Of a DNA stretch of 64,000 nt, positions 1 to 10,000 are shown one piece after another. The stretch lies in the NCBI GenBank assembly GCA_050250895.1, contig JBFWNU010000010.1, positions 32,001 to 96,000 on the forward strand. Reading direction: 5' to 3'. Made by a program: the position numbers and the translations under genes. The notes below the pieces were generated by a model. It was not told the origin of the DNA and did no database searches. It saw only the letters and a program-made list of their open reading frames with translations. This DNA is from Vulcanimicrobiota bacterium (lineage in GTDB: Bacteria > Vulcanimicrobiota > Xenobia > Xenobiales > JADMJV01). Positions within the stretch are counted from its first letter, which is position 1. Every line of letters begins with the position of its first letter.

Positions 1-1468
1 CGACTATGGGGTGGCCGGGACCGACGACGAGACGCTCGAGGTCCAGTTGCCCGGCACCCGCCCAGGAGCCGTCGGGCGCTTGACGTTTAGTCGGGTCCAG
101 GCCGACGACCTGGGCATCCCTTGCTCCACCAACAATTTGCAGGGGAATACCTCGGTCTCTGGTGACGGGATGGTGGTGCCAACCGCTGCCGTCCACCTGG
201 TCGGGGTGGGCGAGTGCGCCGGGGTGGTGCGGCAGGTGGATGCCATCGTGAGCCTGTCGCCCTTCCCTTATGCGCTGGCCTCGGCCGGACCTGTGCTCAC
301 CCACGGCGCCATCGTGGTCAGCGGCCTCGACGAAGAACTGCGGGCTGGACCGCTGGTCACCCCTGAGCAATTGCTGCCAGCCGATCTTCATTCCAACGCG
401 CCTGGTCCGGCGGTGTCACTGGCTTCGGGCGGCCAGTTCGGCGGCGACGTGAAGGCCGTCGGCAAGGTGTCGCGCGAGCCCGGGGTGACGGTGCTGGGCC
501 AGGTCCAGAGTGAGGCTGACGAACTGGATCTTCCCAGTTTTGATTTCAGCCAGTACGATCCCCAGTTGACCGGCCGGGTCTTCACCGCCCTCCAACCCTC
601 GTATCCAGACAATCTCACCCTGACCGGCACTTCCCGGCGCCAGGGCGGGCTGACCATCAACGAAGGAGGGCTCGACCTCGAGGGTGCGATTCTCTACGTC
701 GACGGCGACTTGACCATCCGGGGCGGGTTGCGCGGCAAAGGCATCGTGTGCACCACCGGCGCGGTGACCCTGGAGGGCACCGCCGAGGTCGACCCGGAGA
801 GTTCGCTGGCTCTGCTGGCCGCGGGCGACATTACCCTCACCGGTAGCGGGCCCCACGGTTCTTACTTGCAGGGCCTGGTCTACACCGAAGGCCGGTTCGT
901 GGCCGACAGCGTGACCTTGATAGGCACTCTGGTGGCCAGCGGAGACGGCTCGGCCAACGTCGACCTGACCGATACCCGAATCTTTGGCCAAACCGACCTG
1001 TCGGTCGAGTTTGCCTTGGGCGGCGCCGCCGGCCCCCCCACTGCGCGCCCGCTACCCTCTTTCCTTCTACCCGTGCCGATTCCCAGCGGCTATAGCTCGC
1101 TGGAGGCGAGCGGTTCGGCTCTCGGCTCGGGAAGATTCCAGGTCGATTTCACTTTGCTGGGGTCCCCCAGCGTGAACCGGTCGGTCACCGTCAATCTGGG
1201 AGCGAGCGGAGGGCTCGAAGAGTTCCAGGACCAGACACGAGCCACTTTTGTCGAGCTATGGCAAGCTACCGGGGGTTCCCTTTCTGACGAGGTCGCCGAC
1301 TTCTTGCTCAAGTCGGTCTATCGAAATCTTACCCTGGATCAGTTTCGTGGCCCCAACTCAGGCGGCGAGCCTGGCCCTGGCCCCACCGTGGAGTTGATTC
1401 GCCTCGACCCTTCCAAGTTCTTGAAATTCAACGACCGGGCCCGCTTTGCGCTCTGGCGGGAGTCGTAG
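1..1468 (+). CDS. PilX/GspK-like large pilin-type protein, paralogue A (5'-truncated by window edge)
   Basis: Frame is open from base 2 (DYGVAGTDDE...). It is collinear with the next gene at an offset of 1670 nt, so the real start is upstream of the window. It has GDLTI/ILYVDG repeats and ends FALWRES. Confidence 0.75.
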   Translation, partial: DYGVAGTDDETLEVQLPGTRPGAVGRLTFSRVQADDLGIPCSTNNLQGNTSVSGDGMVVPTAAVHLVGVGECAGVVRQVDAIVSLSPFPYALASAGPVLTHGAIVVSGLDEELRAGPLVTPEQLLPADLHSNAPGPAVSLASGGQFGGDVKAVGKVSREPGVTVLGQVQSEADELDLPSFDFSQYDPQLTGRVFTALQPSYPDNLTLTGTSRRQGGLTINEGGLDLEGAILYVDGDLTIRGGLRGKGIVCTTGAVTLEGTAEVDPESSLALLAAGDITLTGSGPHGSYLQGLVYTEGRFVADSVTLIGTLVASGDGSANVDLTDTRIFGQTDLSVEFALGGAAGPPTARPLPSFLLPVPIPSGYSSLEASGSALGSGRFQVDFTLLGSPSVNRSVTVNLGASGGLEEFQDQTRATFVELWQATGGSLSDEVADFLLKSVYRNLTLDQFRGPNSGGEPGPGPTVELIRLDPSKFLKFNDRARFALWRES

Positions 1469-3174
1469 TGGGGCGAAGGAGGAAGGGTCTGAGCCTTGGC
1501 CTGGTGCTGGTCGTCACTGCCCTGGTGGTGTCCGCCGGCTTTAGCCTGGCCAGTCTCAGCGTCACCCACCTCAACCTCACTCAGCGGGCCAGTAATTCGG
1601 AACGGGCCGAGAATCTGGCTCGTTCGGCCGTGCACCTGGGAGTGGCGCGCATTCTCGAAGATGCCGAACACGACTACGGGGTGGCCGGGACCGACGACCA
1701 GACGATCGAGGTCAGGTTGCCCGGCACTCGGCCGGGAGCCGTGGGACGCCTGACTTTTAGTCGGCTCCGGTCCGACGACCTGGGCATCCCTTGCTCGACC
1801 AACAATTTGCAGGGAAATACCTCGGTCTCTGGCGACGGGATGGTGGTGCCCACCGCGGCCGTCCACCTGGTGGGGGTGGGCGAGTGTGCTGGGGTGGTGC
1901 GCCAGGTGGATGCCATCGTGAACCTGCCTGCCTTCCCCTACGCGCTGGCTTCGGCCGGACCGGTCCGCACCCACGGGGCGGTGGTGGTCAGCGGCCTCGA
2001 GGGCGAACTAGCGGAAGGCCCTCTGGTCACGCCCCCCCAGTTGTTGCCCGCCGATCTCCATTCCAACGCCCTGGGCACGGCCATCTCGCTGGCGTCCGGG
2101 AGTCAACTGGGCGGAGATGTCGAGGCCGTTGGCACCGTTTCGCGCCAGCCCGACGTGAACGTGCTGGGCTCGGTGCGCGACCACGCCGACCAGCTCGACC
2201 TGCCCAGCTTCGACTTCAGTCACTACGACCCCCAGGCCGCCGGCCGGGTCTTCACTAGCCTCGAGCCTTCCTACGCCGAAAATCTGACCCTCACCGGCTC
2301 TTCCCGGCGCGAGGGTGACCTGACCATCGATCAGGGAGGCCTCGACCTCGAGGGGGCCATCCTCTATGTCGATGGCGACCTGACCATCGCCGGCGGTCTG
2401 CGCGGCAAAGGCATCGTCTGCGCCACCGGCGCGGTCACCCTCGACGGTACCGCCCAGGTCGATCCCTCAAGCTCGTTGGCGTTACTGGCCGGGGGTGACA
2501 TCAACCTCTCCGGCAGCGGTCCCCACGGCTCGTACCTGCAGGGGCTGGTTTATACCGAGGGCCGCTTCGTGGCTGACAGCGTGACCCTGGTAGGCACTCT
2601 GGTGGCCGGCGGCGACGGCTCGGCAGATGTCGATCTGACCAACACCCGCATCTTCTCCCTGCCCGACCTGGATGTGGAGTTCGGGCTCGGTGGTGGCGGG
2701 GCTTCTTCGGGGGGCGGCTCGGGGCCGGTCACCTTTCAAATTCCCTTTACCCTGGGGCCGAGTAACTCGGGTTCGAGTCGAGCGAACTTGCAAGGCACCG
2801 TATCCCTGACCGGACCGGGGGTCTATCTCTTCAACTTTCGACTGCAGGCTTTTCAGACTGCACCCGTGGTTGTCACTCAGACCGTGACGGTCGGGTCCCA
2901 AGCGCCGTATGGGGCGATCCGCGAACAATTGCTGCCAACCGTTCAGGGTCTCTACCAGACCGCCAGCGGCCAGGCAGTCACTCGCGCCACGGATCTCAAC
3001 GAAGTGCTCGGCGAGATCTGCGAGTATGCGCTCCAGGCCAGCGGCGACGGGCCTTCTGGTCCCGGCCCCGGGACCGGTGGCGACGACCCCACCGTCGAAA
3101 TCATCCGGCTCGATCCGTCGAAGTTCCTCAAGTTCGAAGACCGGGTCCGCTTCGCGCTTTGGCGCGAATCCTAG
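1468..3174 (+). CDS. PilX/GspK-like large pilin-type protein, paralogue B
   Basis: N-terminus MGRRRKG-LSLGLVLVVTALVV resembles a class III signal lacking E5, followed by the PilX-type A..LA.SA helix. Start GTG overlaps the upstream TAG. Confidence 0.75.
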   Translation: MGRRRKGLSLGLVLVVTALVVSAGFSLASLSVTHLNLTQRASNSERAENLARSAVHLGVARILEDAEHDYGVAGTDDQTIEVRLPGTRPGAVGRLTFSRLRSDDLGIPCSTNNLQGNTSVSGDGMVVPTAAVHLVGVGECAGVVRQVDAIVNLPAFPYALASAGPVRTHGAVVVSGLEGELAEGPLVTPPQLLPADLHSNALGTAISLASGSQLGGDVEAVGTVSRQPDVNVLGSVRDHADQLDLPSFDFSHYDPQAAGRVFTSLEPSYAENLTLTGSSRREGDLTIDQGGLDLEGAILYVDGDLTIAGGLRGKGIVCATGAVTLDGTAQVDPSSSLALLAGGDINLSGSGPHGSYLQGLVYTEGRFVADSVTLVGTLVAGGDGSADVDLTNTRIFSLPDLDVEFGLGGGGASSGGGSGPVTFQIPFTLGPSNSGSSRANLQGTVSLTGPGVYLFNFRLQAFQTAPVVVTQTVTVGSQAPYGAIREQLLPTVQGLYQTASGQAVTRATDLNEVLGEICEYALQASGDGPSGPGPGTGGDDPTVEIIRLDPSKFLKFEDRVRFALWRES

Positions 3175-4256
3175 AACTGATTGACCTCGACCGAAGAGTC
3201 GCCGATCATCAGCCACTCGTCATCGAGTTCTAGTTGCAAAGGCGGGCCCGAGCTCTCGCCCAACACGTCCTCAAGGCCCTGGCGGGTGGCCAGGATCTTG
3301 AGCGAGTAATCCATCATGGCCACGGCCAATCGCTGTCCGTCAGGGGAAAAGGCCAGGTCGCGCACACCCGTAATCTCACGGCGCACATCGCCTTTGGGCA
3401 ACTGAAAGCTCTTCTGCTGGCCCGTGGTGAAGTTCCAGCGGGTGACGGTGTTGTCGATGGGCGCGGCCACGAACAACTCGTCGCTGCCCGGAGCGAAGGC
3501 CATGTGGTTGGCCTTAAAGGCCTGATGGGCCACCGTCTTCCCGGTGGCCGCCTCGAACACCACCACCTCGCGATCCAGCACCGCCGCCGCCAGACCTCGG
3601 TCCGAAGTCTCTAAGGAACCGAAGCCCCTCTCGGCAGCCAGATGGTATTTCTGCTGGCCGTCGGCCCCGAAGGCACGCACGCCATCGCCGGACTGGGTGA
3701 GCAGAGTGTCGCCAACCAGGGCGGCGGAGCCGACTAGACCGCCCAGTTCCTGGCTTTGCTCGAGGGTCACGCCGCGAGATTCCTCGAACTTCCAGACCCG
3801 GGCATGGCCGTCGCCGCCGGCCGTCACCAGACGACCTCCATCTTCCGAGAAGCGAATGTCGAGCACCGAGTACCATGCCCCGGGATAGCTGATGCTGCCG
3901 TCGGGGTGGACCGTCTCGGGTCGCTGTTCTTGAGTGTGACGAAAGCAGAAGAGAGCGTCGCCGCTGACCGCGTCCCAGATGGTGACGGCCGCTTCGTCGT
4001 CGGCCCCGGCAATCCACTTGCCGTCGGGCGAGACGGCCACTGGCCCCATCCTCACCCGTTCTTTGTGGAGGTCAAGGTCAAGAGCCGGTGCATCCCCCAG
4101 AGGGTCCCATTTCTTGACGCCGCCATCCCACTCGGAGGAGACCAGCCCCTGGCCATCGGTGCTCCAGGCCACCGTGTCGATGGGGCTGGTGTGGGGATAG
4201 TGTCTGAGTTGCCGGCCAACAGCCGGGTCGGGCAGTTGCAGGGGGTTGATTCTCAT
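3171..4256 (-). CDS. WD40/beta-propeller repeat protein
   Basis: Repeated motifs VAWSTDG, AVSPDGK..AVTIWD, FSEDGGRLVTAGGDGHARVW and LAFSPDGQRL. Confidence 0.85.
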   Translation of the reverse strand: MRINPLQLPDPAVGRQLRHYPHTSPIDTVAWSTDGQGLVSSEWDGGVKKWDPLGDAPALDLDLHKERVRMGPVAVSPDGKWIAGADDEAAVTIWDAVSGDALFCFRHTQEQRPETVHPDGSISYPGAWYSVLDIRFSEDGGRLVTAGGDGHARVWKFEESRGVTLEQSQELGGLVGSAALVGDTLLTQSGDGVRAFGADGQQKYHLAAERGFGSLETSDRGLAAAVLDREVVVFEAATGKTVAHQAFKANHMAFAPGSDELFVAAPIDNTVTRWNFTTGQQKSFQLPKGDVRREITGVRDLAFSPDGQRLAVAMMDYSLKILATRQGLEDVLGESSGPPLQLELDDEWLMIGDSSVEVNQF

Positions 4257-4300
4257 GCCAAGAGCTTGGCACGAGTCCCTTAATCGACTCTAAAAGGGGG

Positions 4301-4780
4301 CTACTCCTCGACCTTGACCTTGATCGTGGCCGACATCTCTGGCCCGTACGAGATATGGGCGTGGTTGGCGAACTGCAGGGTGAGGGTGTGCTCGCCGGGG
4401 CTCAACTCGACTTCGGTTTCGGTTTGCCCCTTGCCAAAGTGGATGTGAGACTCGTCGGCGGGCACCGGTTCGCCAGCCGGGACCGGCCCACCGTCGACCA
4501 CCAGGTGATGGTGACCCGTGTTGGGCACGTCTTCCGGGCCGGCCGGTTTGACCTCCATGCCCTCGACGCCCATCTTGACCATCACCGGTGAGGTGACGGT
4601 GGCGCCGTCTTCGGGCTCGACGAAGAAGATGCGCGAGATAGGTGGGGTAGGGGTGACCTCAGGAGTCTCGGCCCCCGCTACGGGAGAGGCCGGCGGAGCG
4701 GGAGTGGCCGTCGGTTGGGACGGCGTGCAGGCAACGGTGAAGATGGCCACCAGGGCCACAGCGACGTGTGAAAACCTCAT
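4301..4780 (-). CDS. DUF4399-family lipoprotein
   Basis: Lipobox-like TVAC; motifs GHHHLVVD, HIHFGKGQTE and LSPGEHTLTLQFA. Confidence 0.8.
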   Translation of the reverse strand: MRFSHVAVALVAIFTVACTPSQPTATPAPPASPVAGAETPEVTPTPPISRIFFVEPEDGATVTSPVMVKMGVEGMEVKPAGPEDVPNTGHHHLVVDGGPVPAGEPVPADESHIHFGKGQTETEVELSPGEHTLTLQFANHAHISYGPEMSATIKVKVEE

Positions 4781-4801
4781 GGATGCCAGTTTGGACCCCG
4801 G

Positions 4802-5533
4802 TCAGGGCAATCCTGTTTCGGGCCGAAGAAAGCCTGCCTCCTCGAGCTTCTGGGAGGCCTGCGGTCCGCGCAGAAAGTCGGCCAACGCCCGGGCTCGAGG
4901 GCTGGCCCCCTCGGGCAAGATCAGCACGTATTCGATGGGCGGGTCGAGGGGGGGAAACGTAAAGACTACCCGGGCATCGCCCTGAGCTGCGGCGTCGGAG
5001 GCATAGACCAGAGCTGCATCGGTGGCGCCTTGCAGGGTCGAAGCCAGAGCCGCTCGGGCATTGGCCGTAGGAATCAGTCGCTGACCCAGGTCCAGTCCAA
5101 CCTCTTCGAGTCCGGCCAGGGCATAGTCGCCGACCGGGGCCACCCCCGGGGTTCCGATAGCCACTCGCTCGAGTCGCAGGAGCCGCTCGGGCCAGCCATC
5201 GGACTCGGCCAACTCGGGCCGGCTCACCGCGATCACCAGCCGGTTCGAGGCGAAGGTCCAGTGCTCGCCCGGGACCACCTCGAGGGCCCGGGGGCTGGCC
5301 GAGATCAGCAGATCGGCCGGCATTCCGTGGCGCATCTGGTTGGCCAGGGTCAGCGAGGCGGCGAAGCTGAACTGAACCTCATCGTCAAAGCCCTGGACCA
5401 TCCTGGGCAGCACGTCGCCCAGGCTGGCGGCAGCAAAAACCGTCAGAGGTTTCTCTGACGGTTTCGAGCAGGCGCCTAGCAGGCTCACCAGGAGCGCCGC
5501 TAGCAAGGGCCCGACGGGCCCCAGGCGCCTCAT
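4802..5533 (-). CDS. modA: Molybdate ABC transporter substrate-binding lipoprotein
   Basis: LTVFAAASL, FSFAASLTLA.Q, FASNRLV, VAPVGDYA and ALVYASDA motifs; lipobox LGAC. Confidence 0.85.
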   Translation of the reverse strand: MRRLGPVGPLLAALLVSLLGACSKPSEKPLTVFAAASLGDVLPRMVQGFDDEVQFSFAASLTLANQMRHGMPADLLISASPRALEVVPGEHWTFASNRLVIAVSRPELAESDGWPERLLRLERVAIGTPGVAPVGDYALAGLEEVGLDLGQRLIPTANARAALASTLQGATDAALVYASDAAAQGDARVVFTFPPLDPPIEYVLILPEGASPRARALADFLRGPQASQKLEEAGFLRPETGLP

Positions 5534-7071
5534 TCGTCTTTGACCGAGGCCTCGACGGGGGACGGAATATCGGGAACGAACTCTTCAGCTGCCGGCAGGT
5601 CAGGGACCAGATCCGGCATTTGGATTTCAGGCAGACCCTCGTCAGGAGCCGGCAGTTCGGCCTCATCCTCGGGCAGTTCGGTGGTCGGCGGCGGCGGGAT
5701 ACTGGCCATGGGGCTGGGCAGCTCGGGCAGATCGCTTTCGTCGTCTTCGGTGTTGGGCACGTCCATAGGCGGCGGCTGGAAGTCGGGCAGGCTGTCTTCT
5801 TCCTGGCTGGGAATCTCGGGAGGATCAGGATACTGGGTGGAATGCACCTCGCCATTGGAAGGGCCGGGAGCCATCTTGCGGATGACCAGTTCTTGAATGC
5901 GAACCGGCGTCAACTCGGCCAGCGGGTCGAGCAGCGAACGGATGTAGTCGCGCTGGCGCTCGAGCAGAATCGAACGCAGCGAATCTTCGAGGTCTTCCAG
6001 CGAGTCGACGAAATTGAAGGTCACTTTGTCGTTGGTCTGCTGCAGGTGGTGCTTCATCAAGGTCGAGGTCTTGTCGGTCGAGAGCACGATGACGTCTTCG
6101 AGGCCGTAAGCCGCCACCTGAGCGCTGACCAGATAGGAGTCGTCGAGGGTCAGGCGGCGGTTCGACAGAACCACCAGGAAGCGTTGCTGATTGAGAGTCA
6201 GGAACACCCGGGTGGGAGTGTCGGCCGATTGGCACACCTGGATCGAATCGCTGTCGACACCCAGGTTCTTGAGGGTGCCCAGCAGCAACAGCAGCAACCA
6301 CTGGTCACTCAAGAGCAGGCTGCGGCAGAAGGGGGTGCAGCTGATCACCTCGTCGACCGTGTCCTCGGTGATGGGGGTGCCGCCGATGAAGAATTTCTGG
6401 GAGGCCTCTTCCAGGCTGGCCCGGCTGGGCACGCGCAGGATCTGCTGACCGGTCTTGCGGTCGATCACCGCATAATCCTTGCGAATGAGGTCGAGGTCCT
6501 CGAACTGGCCCAGCAAAAGGTCGGCCCGGTTGAACTCGTGCAGGTCCAGCTGGTTGAAGGGAGTCGACTCGGCCGAGGCCAGCTGGGCGAGCAATCGCCG
6601 AGACTGCTCTGACATCAATTCGCGGGCGGCCTCGAGTTCTTTCTCCGAGACATCGACGTTGGCCGGCCGGGCCCCTTCGGGAGGAGTCATCGCAGGCCCC
6701 ATCGCCTCCCAGTCCTTGTTCTGGCGGGTCAACTGCAACACGCAGTCGCGAACTTCTCCGAAGAAGTCGGCGAAGTCGGCTTCGGCCTGGTTGGAAATGG
6801 CGCCGGCTTCGAGGCAGCGATCCTGGTTGGCATACTTGATGTAGAAGATGGTGCCGGGCTCAGGCATGAAAATCTCGCCAGCGGCCAGGGAGGCATCTTC
6901 AGGAGGGGCGAACAGGGCGCGGGGTTCGCTATCGAGGCCCAGCCGCCGAAGATACTCGAGTCGGACGCCTGCCAACAGCGAGTTGAACCTTGCCTGCAGG
7001 CTTTGCTGGACTTGAACGGCCTGGTCCGAGTTGAGCTCGACGGGTAAGCGCCTTTGCAAAATCTTGAGCAT
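5530..7071 (-). CDS. Hypothetical protein with acidic Pro-rich C-terminal tail
   Basis: 513-aa ORF whose stop overlaps the modA start (ATGA); no family recognised. Confidence 0.7.
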   Translation of the reverse strand: MLKILQRRLPVELNSDQAVQVQQSLQARFNSLLAGVRLEYLRRLGLDSEPRALFAPPEDASLAAGEIFMPEPGTIFYIKYANQDRCLEAGAISNQAEADFADFFGEVRDCVLQLTRQNKDWEAMGPAMTPPEGARPANVDVSEKELEAARELMSEQSRRLLAQLASAESTPFNQLDLHEFNRADLLLGQFEDLDLIRKDYAVIDRKTGQQILRVPSRASLEEASQKFFIGGTPITEDTVDEVISCTPFCRSLLLSDQWLLLLLLGTLKNLGVDSDSIQVCQSADTPTRVFLTLNQQRFLVVLSNRRLTLDDSYLVSAQVAAYGLEDVIVLSTDKTSTLMKHHLQQTNDKVTFNFVDSLEDLEDSLRSILLERQRDYIRSLLDPLAELTPVRIQELVIRKMAPGPSNGEVHSTQYPDPPEIPSQEEDSLPDFQPPPMDVPNTEDDESDLPELPSPMASIPPPPTTELPEDEAELPAPDEGLPEIQMPDLVPDLPAAEEFVPDIPSPVEASVKDE

Positions 7072-7081
7072 CTGAGGGTGC

Positions 7082-10000
7082 GTGCCTTTTCAGGGTGTAG
7101 TATCGGAGTCGAAAAGCCTTCGACCCGGGGCCGGACTTCTCGAACGTTTCTTGAACTTCCTCCCGCACCTTTTGCGGCGGCCGAGAGGTTGCAACCAGGG
7201 ATGTCTCGTAATAGACATTTTCGGAGACGTGACTCTTTTGACCCAAACAACCGGACTTTCACCAGAGATCGACGGGCGATCCGAGCGAAAGATTCCGCTC
7301 GGGACCGGTTTGATCGTCACCTCCGGCGGGCGGGTCCTTGCGCCCGAGAAAGTCCAACTCCAGGCCCACTGTACCGGTCCCGCCGCTCGCGTGGTGGTGG
7401 CTCTTCAATTTCCTGGCGGCGACGGCTCTCAGGCTGCCTTTGTCTATCCGATTCCCGCTCAGGTCGCGGTGGCGCGTTTCGAGGCAGCTCTCGGCATCCG
7501 CCGCTACGAGGGCAAAGTCACCACCCGCGAAGCCGAGGGCACCATCGCCTTTGCCGACACCAGTTACGTCCACGAGATGCTGGCCGACGCGCAATTTCCC
7601 GTGTTGACCGTGGCCCTGGGCACGGTCAAAGCCTCTGACAAGGCCCACGTCCTACTCGAGTATTGCGTTCCCATCGAGCCGCAGGGGGGCTACTACTATC
7701 TGCGCTTTCCCATCTGTCTCGACCCGCGCTTCGGGGTGGACACCGCCACTATCCACTATAAGGTCGACGTCTTGCTCGAATCGGGGGGGTTGCTGCTCGA
7801 GCCGCCGGTGGCCACCCACCCCATTACCGTCCGGCGCCTAGAGAACGAGGACAGCCACGTTACTCTGACGGGTTCGTCGGTGCCAGATGGTGACTTCGTG
7901 CTGCGCTACCGTCTGGGCATCGCCGAGATGCCCAAGACCTGGATGCGCACCAACGGCCAGTATTTCTTGTTCGGCATCTTCCCCCCTACCTCGATGCCCG
8001 ACTCGCCCCAACGCCGGGACCTGGTCTTCGTGGTCGACGCCTCCGAAAACATGACGGGTGAACTGTTTGAAGCCGTATCCGAGGGGGTCAGCGAAGTGCT
8101 GCGCAGCCTGCGCAACAATGACCGCTTTTCGCTCGTCACCATCGGACGCGCCATCGACGGTTTCCGGGGCGGAGATTTCTACGAGATCGAAGAGGTCGAA
8201 GAGGCGGTCCAGTGGTTGCAGCGGGTGCGTCCCGCCGGTCGGGCCGACATCTTGCCTTTGCTCGAGCGCATTCTTACTCTTCCCCTCAAGGAAGGCCGGC
8301 AACTATGCGTCTTTGTCGTCGCGGCCGGCCACGTGGGCAACGAGCCCACCATTCTCAAGTCGCTCGAGTTCGATCAGAGCGATCGCCGCTTCTATACCCT
8401 GGGAGTAGGGCCGTCGGCCAACCTATCGTTCTTGCGCCGGCTTGCCCTGGTGACGCGGGGCGAGTTCGCCAGTGCTCCCCAGGGCAATTGCTCGGGTCCC
8501 CTCCAGGGACTGCTGAGCCAGACCCGCGCCTTGCTCACCGAGCTAGAGCTCGATTGCGAGGGCACCACCATTGACCCCGAGGAGCTGTGCCCCAGTCTGC
8601 TGGGGTGTCTGAGCCCCCACGGGGTCGTCGAGTGCCTCGGTCCCGGTGCCGAGGCCTCACTTCGTTTTCGCTCCAAGGACGAAACCGGAGTGGTCTTTAC
8701 CGGCTCGGTTTCGGCTTTGCCCACCGCCAACCCCGCTTTGGGGGCCGTGTGGGCCTGTCTGCGCGTGCGCGAGTTGCTCGACACCCTGGCCCTGACCACC
8801 GGCGCCCGTCGCGACGCCCTACGCCAGCGGATGATCGAGATCGCTAACCACTTCGGTATCTTGATCGAAGAAACTTCGCTAATGGTTCATGGACCGGCCG
8901 GCCCCGTGGCTCAGGCCAGTCCTTTCCCCTCAGAATGGGGAGCGGTCGAGATCCAAGAAGCTGAAGAGAGCGCCGAGCGTTCTCGAACCTCTACCGACTG
9001 GCGGCGTGGCCTGGTCAAGAAAGGGGCCGACGGTAGCCCCACCCGACCGGGACTGGTGGCTCGAGGCATGAACGCCAAAGGCGTGGCCAAAGGACCCGCC
9101 GGCAAGTTTCCGCCCAAGAAGGGCTCGACCAAACCCCAGCTACGTTGGGAGCCGTCGGCCGACGGAGAGGTCCCGGTGGTGCCGGTGCCCCGGGCCAAGC
9201 CCAAGCCCGAGCCAAAGCCCGAACCGCAGGCCTCGACGGAGCCTATCGCGGGTCCGTCGGTAGAGCCTGCCCCCGCTCCCGAACCGCCCCGGCCGGCCCC
9301 GACTCCCAAAGCGGAGCCGAAAGGGGCCGAACCCAGAGCGACCGAACCGCCGTCCGCCGAGACCCAGGTCCACACCGTGGTCGTGCCAGGGCCATCGTTG
9401 CCGGCGACTCCGGTGATCTTACCCGACACTCAGGCGCTCGCCGTCGAGGCGGCCAAAGAGCGACTCGATGCCTTCGTGCGCCAGCACGACAGCCGCCGGG
9501 TCCGAGTGGCGCTGGCTTCAGTGCTCGGAGTCAGCACGCCTCCGGCTCAGGCCAGCTCGGCTCAGCGCCGCGACTTCCTCATCCTGTGTGGTGAAAAGCT
9601 TGCCAAGCTAGGCTTCTATCAAGATGCCGTGGCTCTCTTTGGCCTTTGCCTGGCCGACGCCCCCGGCGACGAGAAAGTGCTCAAGTCGCTGGCAGAGCTA
9701 CTGCTGCATTGGGCCGATTGGCTGGCCAAGAACGATCATCTGCCCGACGCGCTGCATTTATGCCAGTTGACGCTGGAATTGGCTCCCAATAACCAACAGG
9801 CCGGCCCCAAGCGCGATCAGTTGTTGGAACTGTGGCACCAGAGGGCCGAAGAGATGACCAGGTTCCCTGCGGTGGTGCGGCCCGAGCCCCTGCCCGAGCT
9901 TCCCTCTCTCGAGCCGCCTCCCCAGCCCGAGGCCCCTCGCTCAGAAGAGCTCCCACCGTCGGTCGAGCAGCCCATTAAGCCAAAGCCCGAATCGGCCCCC

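Noticed and set aside
1-3174. Diversity-generating retroelement template/variable pair
   Set aside because: There is no reverse transcriptase in the window. Differences are largely at third codon positions or whole-domain replacements, not adenine-specific.
3171-3240. C-terminal LELDDEWLMIGDSSVEV tail as a sorting motif
   Set aside because: It looks appended to the propeller, but there is only one example in the window, so no family can be supported.
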